Counted from the first letter of the stretch, positions 20,001 through 30,503 are shown. The stretch is DNA of 60,378 nucleotides from an uncultured Bosea sp. (GCA_964508635.1 CAZDUL010000146.1:1-60378); one strand, 5' to 3'. Numbers and translations are program-made. The notes: generated from the sequence alone by a model not told the origin.

Positions 20001-20768
20001 GTCGGCGGCCACAAGGTCTATCTGCGCACCGGCGAATACAATGACGGACGCCTCGGCGAGATCTTCATCGACATGCACAAGGAAGGCGCTGCCTTCCGTT
20101 CGCTGATGAACAATTTCGCCATCGCCGTGTCGCTCGGCCTGCAATATGGCGTGCCGCTGGAGGAGTATGTCGAGGCCTTCACCTTCACCCGCTTCGAGCC
20201 GGCCGGGCTCGTGCAGGGCAACGAGGCTATCAAGAACGCCACCTCGATCCTCGACTACGTCTTTCGCGAGCTGGCGATCAGCTATCTGCAGCGCTACGAC
20301 CTCGCTCATGTCGATCCGTCCGAGATCGGCAACACCGTCCTCGGCAAGGGCGAGGCGCAATCCGATCTCGACAGCCCGGCCCCCTCGCCGGCCCAGCAGG
20401 TGGTGTCGAAGGGGCTGCTGCGGTCCAAGACCGACAAGCTGATGCTGGTTCAGGGCGGAGCCGTCGCCGCGGGGGCCGTTGCAGCCGTCGCCGTGGCAGA
20501 GGGGGCGGCCGTCAGCGCGCTCTTCACGGCAGGGGCCACGGCGCTGAAGCCGGATGCGGAGGAGGCCTCGCCGGCTTCAGGCATCGGCGCTGCCCGCATC
20601 GTGGCGCACGCCGCAGGGTCCACCCGCACGGTGGCCGACAAGCGCGCGGAAGCCATCATGAAGGGTTATGTCGGCGATCCATGCGGCGAGTGCGGCAACT
20701 TCACCCTGGTGCGCAACGGCACCTGCCTGAAGTGCGACACCTGCGGTGCCACGACGGGATGCAGCTGA
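17041..20768 (+). CDS. nrdJ: Class II adenosylcobalamin-dependent ribonucleotide reductase, frameshifted at ~18738
   Basis: MKIARRYT start, [22 protein letters not shown] active site, [22 protein letters not shown]-like region, C-terminal CGEC..CDTC..GCS. The two ORFs (to 18765 and from ~18738) join into 1242 aa if 1 nt is added. Confidence 0.93.
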
Positions 20769-20863
20769 ACCCTTGCGGCCTTGCCATGGCTGCCCGTCTC
20801 GTGCCTATCCTTGTGAGGGCGCTGCGCGGAGCATCCCGGGGTCGGCGCGCAATGGAGGGTTCG

Positions 20864-21223
20864 ATGGCGATGCAGACAGCGCTCCAGCGCGTCGGGCTTC
20901 TTGCTGCTCTCGTGACAGCAGGCATGATGGCCACGCCGGCGGCCGCGCAAATCTATATCGGCCCCGGGGGCCCGGTCTTCGTGCCTGATCGCCCGCCGCC
21001 GCCCTACCGTCCGCCGCCTGGCTGGGGCCCGTCCCCGGGCTTCGGGCCGATCAGCTGCGCGCAGGGCGCGCGCATCGTCGCTTCGGAGGGGTTCCGCAAC
21101 GTCCAGCCGCGCGACTGCAGCGGGCGCGTGTATCGCTACACCGCGTTCCGCGGCCGCACCGGCTTTGAGGTGCGTGTCTCGTCACGATCTGGCGACATCA
21201 CGATGGTCCGCCGGATCCGCTGA
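20864..21223 (+). CDS. Hypothetical secreted protein (signal peptide, Pro-rich linker, 2-Cys small domain)
   Basis: GGAGG RBS; hydrophobic N-terminus ending AAA|Q; SCAQGARIV..GFRNV..DCSG. Confidence 0.7.
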   Translation: MAMQTALQRVGLLAALVTAGMMATPAAAQIYIGPGGPVFVPDRPPPPYRPPPGWGPSPGFGPISCAQGARIVASEGFRNVQPRDCSGRVYRYTAFRGRTGFEVRVSSRSGDITMVRRIR

Positions 21224-21239
21224 GGCGGCGGCTGGCCCC

Positions 21240-21749
21240 ATGCCGCTCTACTTCGCCTATGGCGCCAACATGGATGTCTGCGCCATGGCCCAGCGCTGCC
21301 CGACGGCGCGGGCGATCGGGCGGGCCCGATTGCCACGGCATCGCTTCTTCATCACGTCGGACGGATACGCGTCGATCGCGCGCGACCCGCGCGCGACCGT
21401 GCACGGCCTGTTGTGGGAGGTGGGCCTGTCGGATATCCGCGCCCTCGACCGTTTCGAGGAGGTCGAACGCGGGCTCTATGTCAAGCTCACCCAGCCAGTG
21501 ATCGCCGAGGCGGGACCGCGGCGCGCCCTGCTCTATGTCGCACGCGCGACTGAAGCCGGCGCGCCACGCCCTGGCTACCTCGAAAGCGTGCTGGCGAGCG
21601 CACAGGCCGCTGGGCTGCCCGCGTCCTACCGCACCGAACTGGCGCGCTTCTCGACCGGCATGCAGCGAGATGCACGCACCACGCCCAAGGTCGGTGCGGT
21701 GCGCACCGGAGAACGGCGGGCGTCCGACACCTGGACATGGGAACCGTGA
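21240..21749 (+). CDS. Gamma-glutamylcyclotransferase family protein
   Basis: YFAYGANM, RCP, VHGLLW, LDRFEEV, PRPGYL. Confidence 0.88.
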   Translation: MPLYFAYGANMDVCAMAQRCPTARAIGRARLPRHRFFITSDGYASIARDPRATVHGLLWEVGLSDIRALDRFEEVERGLYVKLTQPVIAEAGPRRALLYVARATEAGAPRPGYLESVLASAQAAGLPASYRTELARFSTGMQRDARTTPKVGAVRTGERRASDTWTWEP

Positions 21750-21925
21750 CACGGGGCTGCGAGTCCGGTGCGGGCCTGAACCGGCTTGCTTCCTGAACCG
21801 GTTGACCGCCCCCTGCGACCGATGCCTGGGCCGCTCGCGCGCAGCTTGCGCTGGACAAGCCGGGACGCCTCTCGCATAACCGCGTGGACCGAGCGCATTC
21901 GCGCCCGACACGGGATGCTTTTCGC

Positions 21926-22336
21926 ATGAAGACCTTCCTGCTCCAGTTCTTCACCTGGTGGAATGGCCAGACGCTCGGCACGCGCTTCTACACCTGGCGC
22001 CACGGCGAGCGGGTCGGCGAGGACGAGTTCGGCAATGTCTATTACCGCAGCCGCGGCGGCCGGATCGATCCGGCGCTCGGGCATGAAAGTCGCTGGGTCA
22101 TCTATAACGGCCTCGCCGAGGCCTCTAAGGTGCCGCCCGGCTGGAATGGCTGGCTGCACCACACGGTCGATGTCGCTCCGCCGCAGGAAGGCTACAAACC
22201 GCGGGAGTGGCAGAAGCCGCACCTGCCCAACATGACCGGCACCGCACAGGCATACAGGCCAACCGGCTCTGCCGTAAAAGCCGCAACCCACCCGAAGACA
22301 ACCGGCACATATTCCGCCTGGACGCCGGGTTCCTGA
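21926..22336 (+). CDS. NADH:ubiquinone oxidoreductase NDUFA12-family subunit
   Basis: FTWWNGQT, VGEDEFGNVYY, RWVIY, VPPGWNGWLHH, NMTGT, YSAWTP. Confidence 0.93.
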   Translation: MKTFLLQFFTWWNGQTLGTRFYTWRHGERVGEDEFGNVYYRSRGGRIDPALGHESRWVIYNGLAEASKVPPGWNGWLHHTVDVAPPQEGYKPREWQKPHLPNMTGTAQAYRPTGSAVKAATHPKTTGTYSAWTPGS

Positions 22337-22491
22337 AGCCCATGTCGCGACTGCAACCGTCGCGCGGTCATCTTCGCGGCACGATTGTCGCGCATGCGCG
22401 GGCGACAGCGCGACCGGAACGGTTGCTCATGTAGAGTGCGGCGGGCTCGGTTTCTGATTCGCCGGAGCTTCATGGCCGGCCTGGAGGTCTG

Positions 22492-23136
22492 ATGGCCCTG
22501 TTTCGCCCGTTTGGTCCGCTGCGTGTGCTCAAGGCCATTGTCCTGTGGAGCATGGCCCTGAGCGCGGTGATGCTGTCACCCGCGATGGCGGATCGCATCC
22601 GCAACCCCGTCGCCGTGTTCAACGGGCTGGACAAGATCTCGGGACGCATCATCGCGTTCGAGGTCAATATCGACGAGACGGTTCAGTTCGGCTCTTTGCA
22701 GATCACGCCGCGCGTCTGCTGGTCGCGTCCGCCCACCGAGCAGCCGCAGACCACCAGTTTCGTCGAGGTGGACGAGGTCGGCCAGAGCCAGCAGGACTAC
22801 CGGCGCATCTTCACGGGCTGGATGTTCGCCGCCAGTCCCGGCCTGCACGGCGTCGAGCACCCGATCTATGATGTTTGGCTGACCGACTGCAAGGGCGGCA
22901 CCGAGATCATCGCCGAGCCGCGGGAGGAGCAGCGCGATGTTCCGGCAGTGGAACTGCGGCGCGAACGTCCGGCGCCGCGCCCGCGCACCGAGCCGGCCAC
23001 GCAGGACGGGCGCATCGATGTCCGCCCGCCGCAGGGCGTGCCGGTGGCGCCGCAACAGCCGACGCAGCGGTTCTTCCCGACCAACCAACCGCCAGCCCGC
23101 AGCGCGCCAGCGTTCGATCCCGCCGGACGCAACTGA
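22492..23136 (+). CDS. DUF2155 domain protein with signal peptide and Pro-rich tail
   Basis: GLDKISGR, FGSLQITPRVC, IFTGWMFAASPG, EHPIYDVWLTDC. Confidence 0.88.
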   Translation: MALFRPFGPLRVLKAIVLWSMALSAVMLSPAMADRIRNPVAVFNGLDKISGRIIAFEVNIDETVQFGSLQITPRVCWSRPPTEQPQTTSFVEVDEVGQSQQDYRRIFTGWMFAASPGLHGVEHPIYDVWLTDCKGGTEIIAEPREEQRDVPAVELRRERPAPRPRTEPATQDGRIDVRPPQGVPVAPQQPTQRFFPTNQPPARSAPAFDPAGRN

Positions 23137-23157
23137 CAGAGGCAACGCAAGGTGGCC

Positions 23158-23826
23158 TCAGCCGTGGGGCAGCCCTGGACTCGCGGCAAGACGAACCGCA
23201 TCCGCGCCGGATAAGACGCGCCCATCCTGCCACCAGTCGCCCGTGCCGTCGCGGAGCGCTTCGGCAAGCATCGCGCGATAGCGCTCCCTTGGCACCTCCA
23301 GCGTGCCGAACTGAGCCAGATGTTCGGTCTGGAACTGGGTATCGAGCAGCCTGTAACCACCCGCTCTCAGCCGCGCCACCAGATGCACCAGCGCCACCTT
23401 CGAGGCGTCGGTGGCGCGATGGAACATGCTCTCGCCGAAGAAGGCGCGCCCCAGCGAGACGCCATAAAGCCCGCCGACCAGCCGACCCTCGCTCCAGCAC
23501 TCGACCGTGTGCACATGGCCCATGCGGAACAGCGCGCCGTAGAGCTCGCGGATGCGTCGGTTGATCCAGGTGTCGGGCTGCGTTTCGCGAGGGCTGGCGC
23601 AGGCGTCGATCACGGCGTCGAAAGCGCTGTCGATACGGATCTCGAACGGTTCGCCGCGAACCGTGCGGGCCAGCCGCCTCGGGATGTGGAAGCTCTCGAG
23701 GGGGATGATACCCCTCATTTCGGGATCGACCCAGAAAAGCCCTGGATCATCCGCACCCTCCGACATCGGAAAGACGCCGGCCGCGTAGGCGTGAAGCAGC
23801 AATTCTGGCGTGATGCGAGCGTTCAT
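23158..23826 (-). CDS. aat: Leucyl/phenylalanyl-tRNA--protein transferase
   Basis: [44 protein letters not shown]. Confidence 0.96.
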   Translation of the reverse strand: MNARITPELLLHAYAAGVFPMSEGADDPGLFWVDPEMRGIIPLESFHIPRRLARTVRGEPFEIRIDSAFDAVIDACASPRETQPDTWINRRIRELYGALFRMGHVHTVECWSEGRLVGGLYGVSLGRAFFGESMFHRATDASKVALVHLVARLRAGGYRLLDTQFQTEHLAQFGTLEVPRERYRAMLAEALRDGTGDWWQDGRVLSGADAVRLAASPGLPHG

Positions 23827-24079
23827 CGATGACTTGACTTCAGCAATCCCACCACAGCGCAGGGAGATGATACGGAAAACGCAGAGGCGCGCCGCAGATT
23901 GGCCACGATTGGCATGTCAGACGGCCGCCTCTTTGACGGGATCACAGATGATGACCCCGTCATCAGCTGCTTGCTGCCGGACGGACAGCAAGTGAACAGC
24001 GGCGTCGGACTGCGCGACCATACGCACCGACACCCGGCCGCGCCGGCGACCGATCGCCCCCCTCACCCTTCGCAAACCT

Positions 24080-24766
24080 GTGATCATCAGACCTGCTGCG
24101 TTCCGCGGCGGCGCTGCCGCTGCTGTTGTCCTGTCGCTCCTCGTCAACACGGCCGTCGGCGCTGACGCGCGCGCCGAAGACTTCAACCTGATGCAGGCGG
24201 AGCCGCAAGCCGAAACCAAGGAGTCGGCTACCGCGCCCCCACCGGCCACCCAGGGAACGAGGCCGGCCCGAGGCAGACGGCAGGCCGTGCGGCCCGGCGA
24301 CCGGCTCGTGCCCCTGCCCCGCGGCAAGACGGGCAGCGTGCTGGCTCAGACCGGTGCAGTGCGGATGAACTGCTTTCCTGACGAGCTGCAGGCCGTGCTG
24401 CGCCGGATCGGCGCGCATTTCGGCGGCGCCGTGGTGGTGACATCGGGATATCGAGCTGGCGGCCGCCACGGATCCTACCATCGGCGCTGCATGGCCGCGG
24501 ACATCCAGATCGCCGGCGTGTCGCCATCCGCAATCGCGCGCTTCGCCCGGTCTCTGCCGGAGGTCGGCGGCGTCGGAACCTATGGCCATACGCGCTCCGT
24601 CCATGTCGATATCGGCGACCGGATTTTCACCTGGCACGGCGCCCGCGGGCGCAGCGCGGCGCTCAAGAGGCGCGCTTGCTGCCCTGTCTGCGCTGCGATG
24701 GCGCCAGGCGGCGCCGGAGCCTCGAACCAGCGCCCGCGCTTCGAGGCGCAGGCTTGTCCGGCATGA
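24080..24766 (+). CDS. Peptidase M15A-type (D-Ala-D-Ala carboxypeptidase family) Zn metallopeptidase, exported
   Basis: Signal-like N-terminus; TSGYR, SYH-x5-AD, GGVGTY, SVHVD. Confidence 0.82.
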   Translation: MIIRPAAFRGGAAAAVVLSLLVNTAVGADARAEDFNLMQAEPQAETKESATAPPPATQGTRPARGRRQAVRPGDRLVPLPRGKTGSVLAQTGAVRMNCFPDELQAVLRRIGAHFGGAVVVTSGYRAGGRHGSYHRRCMAADIQIAGVSPSAIARFARSLPEVGGVGTYGHTRSVHVDIGDRIFTWHGARGRSAALKRRACCPVCAAMAPGGAGASNQRPRFEAQACPA

Positions 24767-24769
24767 GCG

Positions 24770-26383
24770 TCACATCCGGAACACGCCGAATCGCGTCTGC
24801 GCAATCGGCGCATTCAGGCAGGCGGAGAGGGCGAGCCCGAGCACGCGCCGCGTTTCCGACGGCAGGATGATCCCGTCATCCCAGAGCCGCGCCGTGGCAT
24901 AGTAGGGGCTGCCCTCGCTCTCGTATTGCGCGCGGATCGGGGCCTTGAAGGCCTCTTCCTCCTCCGCCGACCAGGTCCTGCCCTCCGCCTCGATGTTGTC
25001 GCGGCGAACGGTGGCGAGCACGCTTGCAGCCTGCTCGCCGCCCATCACCGAGATGCGGCTGTTGGGCCACGTGAAGAGGAAGCGCGGCCCATAGGCGCGC
25101 CCGCACATCCCGTAGTTGCCAGCGCCGAAGGAGCCGCCGACCAGCACGGTGATCTTCGGCACGGCGGCCGTCGCGACAGCCGTCACCAGCTTGGCGCCAT
25201 CCTTGGCGATGCCGCGCGATTCGTATTCGCGCCCCACCATGAAGCCGGAGATGTTCTGCAGGAACAGGAGCGGGATGCGACGCTGGCAGCACAACTCGAT
25301 GAAATGCGCTCCCTTCTGCGCACTCTCCGAGAACAGGATGCCGTTGTTCGCGATGATGCCGACAGGGATGCCATGCAGCCGAGCGAAGCCGGTGACCAGC
25401 GTCTCGCCGAACAGCCGCTTGAACTCGTCGAAGTCGGAGCCGTCGACGAGGCGGCCGATCACCTCGCGGATGTCATACTGTTTCTTCAGGTCCGTCGGCA
25501 CGATCGATTCGATCTCGTCGGGATCGAGCACCGGCTCGACAGGGTCGCTGAGCAGGATGTCCGGCCGCTTCGGCGTGGTCAGTGTGCCGACGATCTGTCT
25601 GGCCAGCGCCAGCGCGTGGCGGTCATCGACGGCGAGATGGTCGGCCACGCCCGACAGACGCGTATGCACATCGCCGCCGCCGAGATCCTCGGCGCTGACC
25701 ACCTCGCCGGTGGCCGCCTTCACCAGAGGCGGGCCTCCCAGAAAGATGGTGCCCTGCCGGCGCACGATGATCGTCTCGTCCGACATGGCCGGCACATAGG
25801 CCCCGCCCGCCGTGCAGGATCCCATCACAACGGCAATCTGCGCGATCCCTTCGGCGGAAAGCGTCGCCTGGTTGTAGAAGATGCGGCCGAAATGCTCGCG
25901 GTCGGGAAACACCTCGGTCTGGTGCGGCAGGTTGGCGCCGCCGGAATCGACGAGATAGATGCAGGGCAGACGGTTCTCGCGCGCGATCTCCTGCGCGCGC
26001 AGATGCTTCTTCACCGTCATGGGATAATAGGTGCCGCCCTTGATGGTGGCGTCGTTGCAGACCACCATGACCTCCCGGCCCTGCACCCGCCCGATGCCCG
26101 CGATCAGGCCTGCGCCGTGGATGTCATCGCCATACATGCCGAAGGCCGCCAGCGGCGCAATTTCGAGAAACGGCGAGCCGGGATCGAGCAGTCCGGTCAC
26201 GCGCTCGCGCGGCAACAGCTTGCCGCGCGCGGTGTGGCGCTCCCTCGCCCTGGCCGGCCCGCCGAGGCTCGCAGCCTCTCGCCGTGCGGCGAGCTCGGCC
26301 TTCAGCTCCGCCCACGCCGCGCGGTTCGCCAGCGCCGTCTCCGATGCCGTCGCGGTGCTGAACGCGCTCTTGATGGTCGCCAT
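24770..26383 (-). CDS. Methylcrotonoyl-CoA carboxylase beta (carboxyltransferase) subunit
   Basis: [68 protein letters not shown]. Confidence 0.93.
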   Translation of the reverse strand: MATIKSAFSTATASETALANRAAWAELKAELAARREAASLGGPARARERHTARGKLLPRERVTGLLDPGSPFLEIAPLAAFGMYGDDIHGAGLIAGIGRVQGREVMVVCNDATIKGGTYYPMTVKKHLRAQEIARENRLPCIYLVDSGGANLPHQTEVFPDREHFGRIFYNQATLSAEGIAQIAVVMGSCTAGGAYVPAMSDETIIVRRQGTIFLGGPPLVKAATGEVVSAEDLGGGDVHTRLSGVADHLAVDDRHALALARQIVGTLTTPKRPDILLSDPVEPVLDPDEIESIVPTDLKKQYDIREVIGRLVDGSDFDEFKRLFGETLVTGFARLHGIPVGIIANNGILFSESAQKGAHFIELCCQRRIPLLFLQNISGFMVGREYESRGIAKDGAKLVTAVATAAVPKITVLVGGSFGAGNYGMCGRAYGPRFLFTWPNSRISVMGGEQAASVLATVRRDNIEAEGRTWSAEEEEAFKAPIRAQYESEGSPYYATARLWDDGIILPSETRRVLGLALSACLNAPIAQTRFGVFRM

Positions 26384-26416
26384 GGGCGTGATCCTCCGCC
26401 GGAGTCGTCAGCGGCG

Positions 26417-26445
26417 GTTATGGCGCCCGCCCGGCGTGCCCGCAA
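26417..26445 (-). promoter_or_regulatory. Putative sigma70 promoter for the carboxyltransferase gene
   Basis: Minus strand TTGCGG-N17-CATAAC, 33 nt upstream of ATG 26383. Confidence 0.4.
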
Positions 26446-26504
26446 CGTCGAAACGATGCAAGGGACAACTTCTTATCCTTGCGGAGCGGCCAGCGCCACC
26501 ACCA

Positions 26505-27323
26505 TCAGATGATCGCGCGCCGCACGCGCGCCGTGACCCATTCGCTCAGCACGACCGTGCCGAGAATGATCAGCAGAATCAGCGAGACCTGCGGCCATGC
26601 CAGCGTGTTCAGCGAGCTTTCGAGGGCAAGGCCGAGTCCGCCCGCCCCGACCAGCCCCAGAACGGTCGATTCGCGGATGTTGATGTCCCAGCGGAAGACG
26701 CTGATGGTGGCGAAGGCCGGCAGGATCTGCGGCCAAATGCCATAAGTCATGACCTGCGCGCCGCTGGCACCGGTGGCACGGATGGCCTCGACCTGCGTCT
26801 CGTCGATTTCCTCGATCGCTTCGTAGAGCAGCTTCCCGATGAACCCGATCGAGCGCAAGGCGATGGCGATGATGCCGGCGAGCACGCCAGGCCCGAGGAT
26901 TGCCACCAGCAGCAGCCCCCAGATCAGCGCGTTGATGGAGCGCGAGGCAACGATGATGAACAGCGCGATGGGTCGAACGACAAGGGCGCTGGGCGTCGTG
27001 TTGCGGGCTGCGAGGAAGGCCAGCGGCGTCGCCAGCGCCACGGCGATCAGCGTGCCCAGCGTGGCAATGTTGATCGTATCCCACAAGGGGGCCCACAGAC
27101 GGTCCATATAGGACCAGCGTGGCGGCAACATGCGGCCGAAGATGTCATGCGCCTGGCGCGGCGCATCTTGGACGAAAGCCCAGATCGTCTCCTGGGTCAT
27201 CAACCGCCACGACAGGACCGTCACGGCCACCAGCGCGAACCAGCCGAACCAGCGCCAGAGGCGCTGGGCGCCCGTCAGCAGCCGCCAGTGGCGAACGCCG
27301 TCGCCTGACACCAGAACCGCCAT
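26505..27323 (-). CDS. phnE: Phosphonate/phosphite ABC permease
   Basis: EAIRATGA EAA loop, RWDINIRESTVLGLVGAGGLG. Confidence 0.92.
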   Translation of the reverse strand: MAVLVSGDGVRHWRLLTGAQRLWRWFGWFALVAVTVLSWRLMTQETIWAFVQDAPRQAHDIFGRMLPPRWSYMDRLWAPLWDTINIATLGTLIAVALATPLAFLAARNTTPSALVVRPIALFIIVASRSINALIWGLLLVAILGPGVLAGIIAIALRSIGFIGKLLYEAIEEIDETQVEAIRATGASGAQVMTYGIWPQILPAFATISVFRWDINIRESTVLGLVGAGGLGLALESSLNTLAWPQVSLILLIILGTVVLSEWVTARVRRAII

Positions 27324-27324
27324 G

Positions 27325-28140
27325 TCAGGCCATCCTCTTGCGGATCCAGCCGGAGGTGTATTCGCAGATCATCACGATGCCGATGATGATCAGCAGGATC
27401 GCTGCGGCCGAATCGAACTCGTAGCGGTCGAGCGCGGTGTTCAGCGTCGCCCCGATGCCGCCTGCGCCGACGATCCCGATGACGGAGCTTTCGCGGAAGT
27501 TGATGTCGACCTTGTAGGCGGTGAGTCCGGCAAAGCGAGGCATCACCTGCGAGGCAACGGCATAGTCGATCACCTGCCAGAAGCCGCCACCCGTAGCCCG
27601 GATTGCCTCGACCTGCGCCGGATCGATCTCCTCGATGTCGTCGGCGATCAGCTTCGAGAGAAAGCCGATCGTTGACAGCGACAACGTCAGGAAGCCGGCA
27701 AAGGTCCCAAAACCGAACATCGCCACGAACAGGATGGCGACGATGATCTCCTGGAACGCGCGCGCCGCCGCGATGATGGCCCGACAGATGCCGTAGAGCC
27801 ACACCGGCGCAATGTTGCGCGCCGCACCAAGTCCGATCGGCAACGCCAGGATGACGCCGAAAACCGTGGCGCAGACGGTCATCGTGATGCTTTCGATCAG
27901 CCCCTGCTGGATATCGTTCCAGCGGCTGGTGAAATCCGGTTGCAGGAAGCCGGCGAACAGGCGCGCCGCCCTGACGAGGCCTTCCGAGACGCGTGCCCAG
28001 TTCACCTCGATGCTGCCGATGGCGAGAACGAGGTAGACCACCACGGCGAGCGCAAGCGCCCAGCGCAGCCGCGCGTCCGGAATGAGGCGGGGCCGCTTCC
28101 AGGTCCGCCGGCCAGTCGCATCCAGCGCCGGCGTCAGCAT
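27325..28140 (-). CDS. phnE: Phosphonate/phosphite ABC permease
   Basis: [26 protein letters not shown]. Confidence 0.92.
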   Translation of the reverse strand: MLTPALDATGRRTWKRPRLIPDARLRWALALAVVVYLVLAIGSIEVNWARVSEGLVRAARLFAGFLQPDFTSRWNDIQQGLIESITMTVCATVFGVILALPIGLGAARNIAPVWLYGICRAIIAAARAFQEIIVAILFVAMFGFGTFAGFLTLSLSTIGFLSKLIADDIEEIDPAQVEAIRATGGGFWQVIDYAVASQVMPRFAGLTAYKVDINFRESSVIGIVGAGGIGATLNTALDRYEFDSAAAILLIIIGIVMICEYTSGWIRKRMA

Positions 28141-28970
28141 GCCGACCGCACCAGCGCGACAGACGTGGCGCCCGCCGCAGCGGCGGGGCCCGACACCATT
28201 TCGTGTTCATCCTCCTCAGGCTGCCGGGCCCAGTCCTCCTCGCCATAGATGCGGGTCAGGACTTCGGGTGTCAGCCCGCTAGCTGGCCCGTCATAAACGA
28301 CTTCCCCCGCGCGCAGTCCCACGATCCGCGGCAGGAACATCTGCGCGAGCGCCACATCATGGATGTTGACGATGCCAGCAAGGCCTCGCTCGGCACACAG
28401 TTCGGTGATGAGGCGCATCACCTGCCGCGATGTCTTCGGGTCAAGGCTCGCGGTGGGCTCGTCGATGAGGAGCAGGTCGGGGTCCTGCGCCAGCGCGCGC
28501 GCGATGCCGACACGCTGCCGCTGTCCGCCCGACAGCGCGTCGGCGCGCTTGTCGACATGATCGGTGAGGCCGACGCGATCGAGCAGCGCGAAGGCGCGCT
28601 GGATGTCGGCTTCGGGGTAGCGGCGGAGCCAGCTGGTGAAGAAGCCGACATAGCCGAGGCGGCCGGACAGCACGTTCTCCATCACGGTGAGCCGCTCGAC
28701 CAGCGCGTATTCCTGGAAGATCATCCCGATCCGCCGGCGCGCCTTGCGCAGATCCGACCGGTTCAGCGCCGTCAGGTCAAGATCGCCGAGACGAATGCGC
28801 CCGGCCGTCGGTTCTACCAGCCTGTTGACGCAGCGGATCAGGGTCGATTTCCCCGCACCCGACGGCCCGATCAACCCCACCAGCTCGCCGGATTTGAGCG
28901 TGAGCGAGACGCCGCGCAACGCCATGTCGCCGGTCTTGTAGCGTTTTTCGAGACGTTCGATGGTCAACAC
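28134..28970 (-). CDS. phnC: Phosphonate ABC ATP-binding protein
   Basis: [35 protein letters not shown]. Confidence 0.94.
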   Translation of the reverse strand: MLTIERLEKRYKTGDMALRGVSLTLKSGELVGLIGPSGAGKSTLIRCVNRLVEPTAGRIRLGDLDLTALNRSDLRKARRRIGMIFQEYALVERLTVMENVLSGRLGYVGFFTSWLRRYPEADIQRAFALLDRVGLTDHVDKRADALSGGQRQRVGIARALAQDPDLLLIDEPTASLDPKTSRQVMRLITELCAERGLAGIVNIHDVALAQMFLPRIVGLRAGEVVYDGPASGLTPEVLTRIYGEEDWARQPEEDEHEMVSGPAAAAGATSVALVRSAC

Positions 28971-28996
28971 GTGCGGGAGGTCCCGTCTGTCGGCGT

Positions 28997-29024
28997 GAAA
29001 CGGGGCGACGACACGCCCCGTTTC
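28997..29024 (-). terminator. Perfect 11-bp stem-loop between phnD and phnC
   Basis: GAAACGGGGCG-N6-CGCCCCGTTTC. It could be a terminator or an mRNA stabiliser after the binding-protein gene. Confidence 0.6.
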
Positions 29025-29109
29025 CAGGGTTCAGGGAAAGCCCGCTGGCGTGTGCCCCGCACGCGGGTTCCCTTTTGACCCGGATGGTCCGAAGGCGCCG
29101 GGCCCGCTC

Positions 29110-30060
29110 TCACCGGCAGGTATAGGTCACGCCGACCGACGCGTCCACATCGCGCACCACCTTCCAGGCATCCTTGTAGGTGATCGGCATGAATTTCTCG
29201 CCCGGCGGAATCTGCTTGCCGAATTCCTCCGCCAGCGCCGATCCCGGCCACTGGAACGTGGTGAAGGCTTCCGCGATCTTGGCCTGAAGCTCCGGCTTCA
29301 GATTGTGCGCGACGCCATAGGCCGTGGTCGGGAAACGATCCGACTCGTAGATAACCTTGAACGCGTCGCCCCGCACGACGTTGCGCGCCACCATCCGACG
29401 CGCGACTTCGCTGGCGATGGCCGCGACCGGATAGTCCTTGTTGGCGACGCCGAGAACCGAGTTGTCGTGACGACCCGAGAACACCGGCGTGTAATCGCGG
29501 TTGGCCTCGAGCTTGTAGGTGTCGCGCAGCAAGGCGGACGGCGCCTTGTAGCCGGAGTTCGACGTCTCGGCCGTGAAGGCGACGCGCTTGCCCTTGATGT
29601 CCTCCATCCGCTCCACGCCCGAACCGGGATGGGTGATGAACTGCATGCGATAGCCAAAATCGCCGTCGTTGGCCGCCATGATGAACATGGGACGGAAGCC
29701 GGCGCAATTCACGGCCAGCGGCGTCGAGCCCGTGTTGAAACCCGCGACGTGCAGGCGACCGGCCCGCAGCGCCTCGATCTGCGCCGCGTTCGACTGGACC
29801 GGGAAGAACTGCACGCGCTTGCCGGTAACCTTGGCCATGTGCTGCAGGAAACCGTCCCAGACCTTTGCGTAGACGGCGGGGTCCTCCACCGGGGTATAGG
29901 CGAAGATGAGCACCGGCGGATCAACTTGCTCGCTGGCGGGCGGAATGTCGGCGACGAGATCCCCGTCGGCGTCCCGGAAACGTGCGTCCAGCGCGAAGGC
30001 GGAGGCTGTGCCGAAAAGCGCGGCGGCAAGGGTGCAGAAGAGGCGGCGGCTCAGCGTCAT
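29110..30060 (-). CDS. phnD: Phosphate/phosphite/phosphonate ABC substrate-binding protein
   Basis: Signal peptide; AYTPVEDP, SNSGYKAP, SGRHD; first gene of phnDCEE; GGAG RBS before ATG 30060. Confidence 0.9.
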   Translation of the reverse strand: MTLSRRLFCTLAAALFGTASAFALDARFRDADGDLVADIPPASEQVDPPVLIFAYTPVEDPAVYAKVWDGFLQHMAKVTGKRVQFFPVQSNAAQIEALRAGRLHVAGFNTGSTPLAVNCAGFRPMFIMAANDGDFGYRMQFITHPGSGVERMEDIKGKRVAFTAETSNSGYKAPSALLRDTYKLEANRDYTPVFSGRHDNSVLGVANKDYPVAAIASEVARRMVARNVVRGDAFKVIYESDRFPTTAYGVAHNLKPELQAKIAEAFTTFQWPGSALAEEFGKQIPPGEKFMPITYKDAWKVVRDVDASVGVTYTCR

Positions 30061-30103
30061 GAGAAGCTCCCGGTACGATCTCATCGCGAAGGATCAGAGG
30101 CGT

Positions 30104-30121
30104 ATGACAATGGCATGACAA
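30104..30121 (-). promoter_or_regulatory. PhoB box
   Basis: Minus strand TTGTCAT-GCCA-TTGTCAT, an 11-bp-period direct repeat matching CTGTCAT-N4-CTGTCAT, 43 nt upstream of phnD. Confidence 0.85.
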
Positions 30122-30503
30122 TCGGGTCTGCGTGCACGTGCGGCCTAGCGACACACATCTGGCGGCGCACAGGGCTTTGAGGTTGAAGGCCCGAAAGCCC
30201 ATCGACATCGTATGGTCGAGCATGGTTGTTTCAAGCCACCCTCGCCGCCCATACCCTCGTCGCGTCGGCCGGGGCGCCTTGCCTTGAGGTCATGGACCAC
30301 CGATCCCTGGTATACGAGGCTCAGCACAGCGCTCCGCAGCGGGCCCGGGTGGTCTCACATCACGGCGGAATCAGCGTCCGGAACGAACCGGCGACAACCA
30401 TCTGTTCGGAACGGGGTCTGTCAGGGCCCGTGACCGGCAGCACCACGTGGCGCATCGTTCTGCGCCCCGGACGAAGGCCCCATTCTGCTGACCGCGCGTC
30501 TCT

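Noticed and set aside
17041-20768. Intein, intron or programmed -1 frameshift in nrdJ
   Set aside because: The joined length (1242 aa) is ordinary for this subclass, there are no splicing or homing-endonuclease motifs, and there is no XXXYYYZ slippery site at the break.
26384-26504. Carboxyltransferase as part of a novel phosphonate pathway with phnDCEE
   Set aside because: The protein looks like a standard MCC beta and has its own putative promoter; adjacency alone is not evidence.
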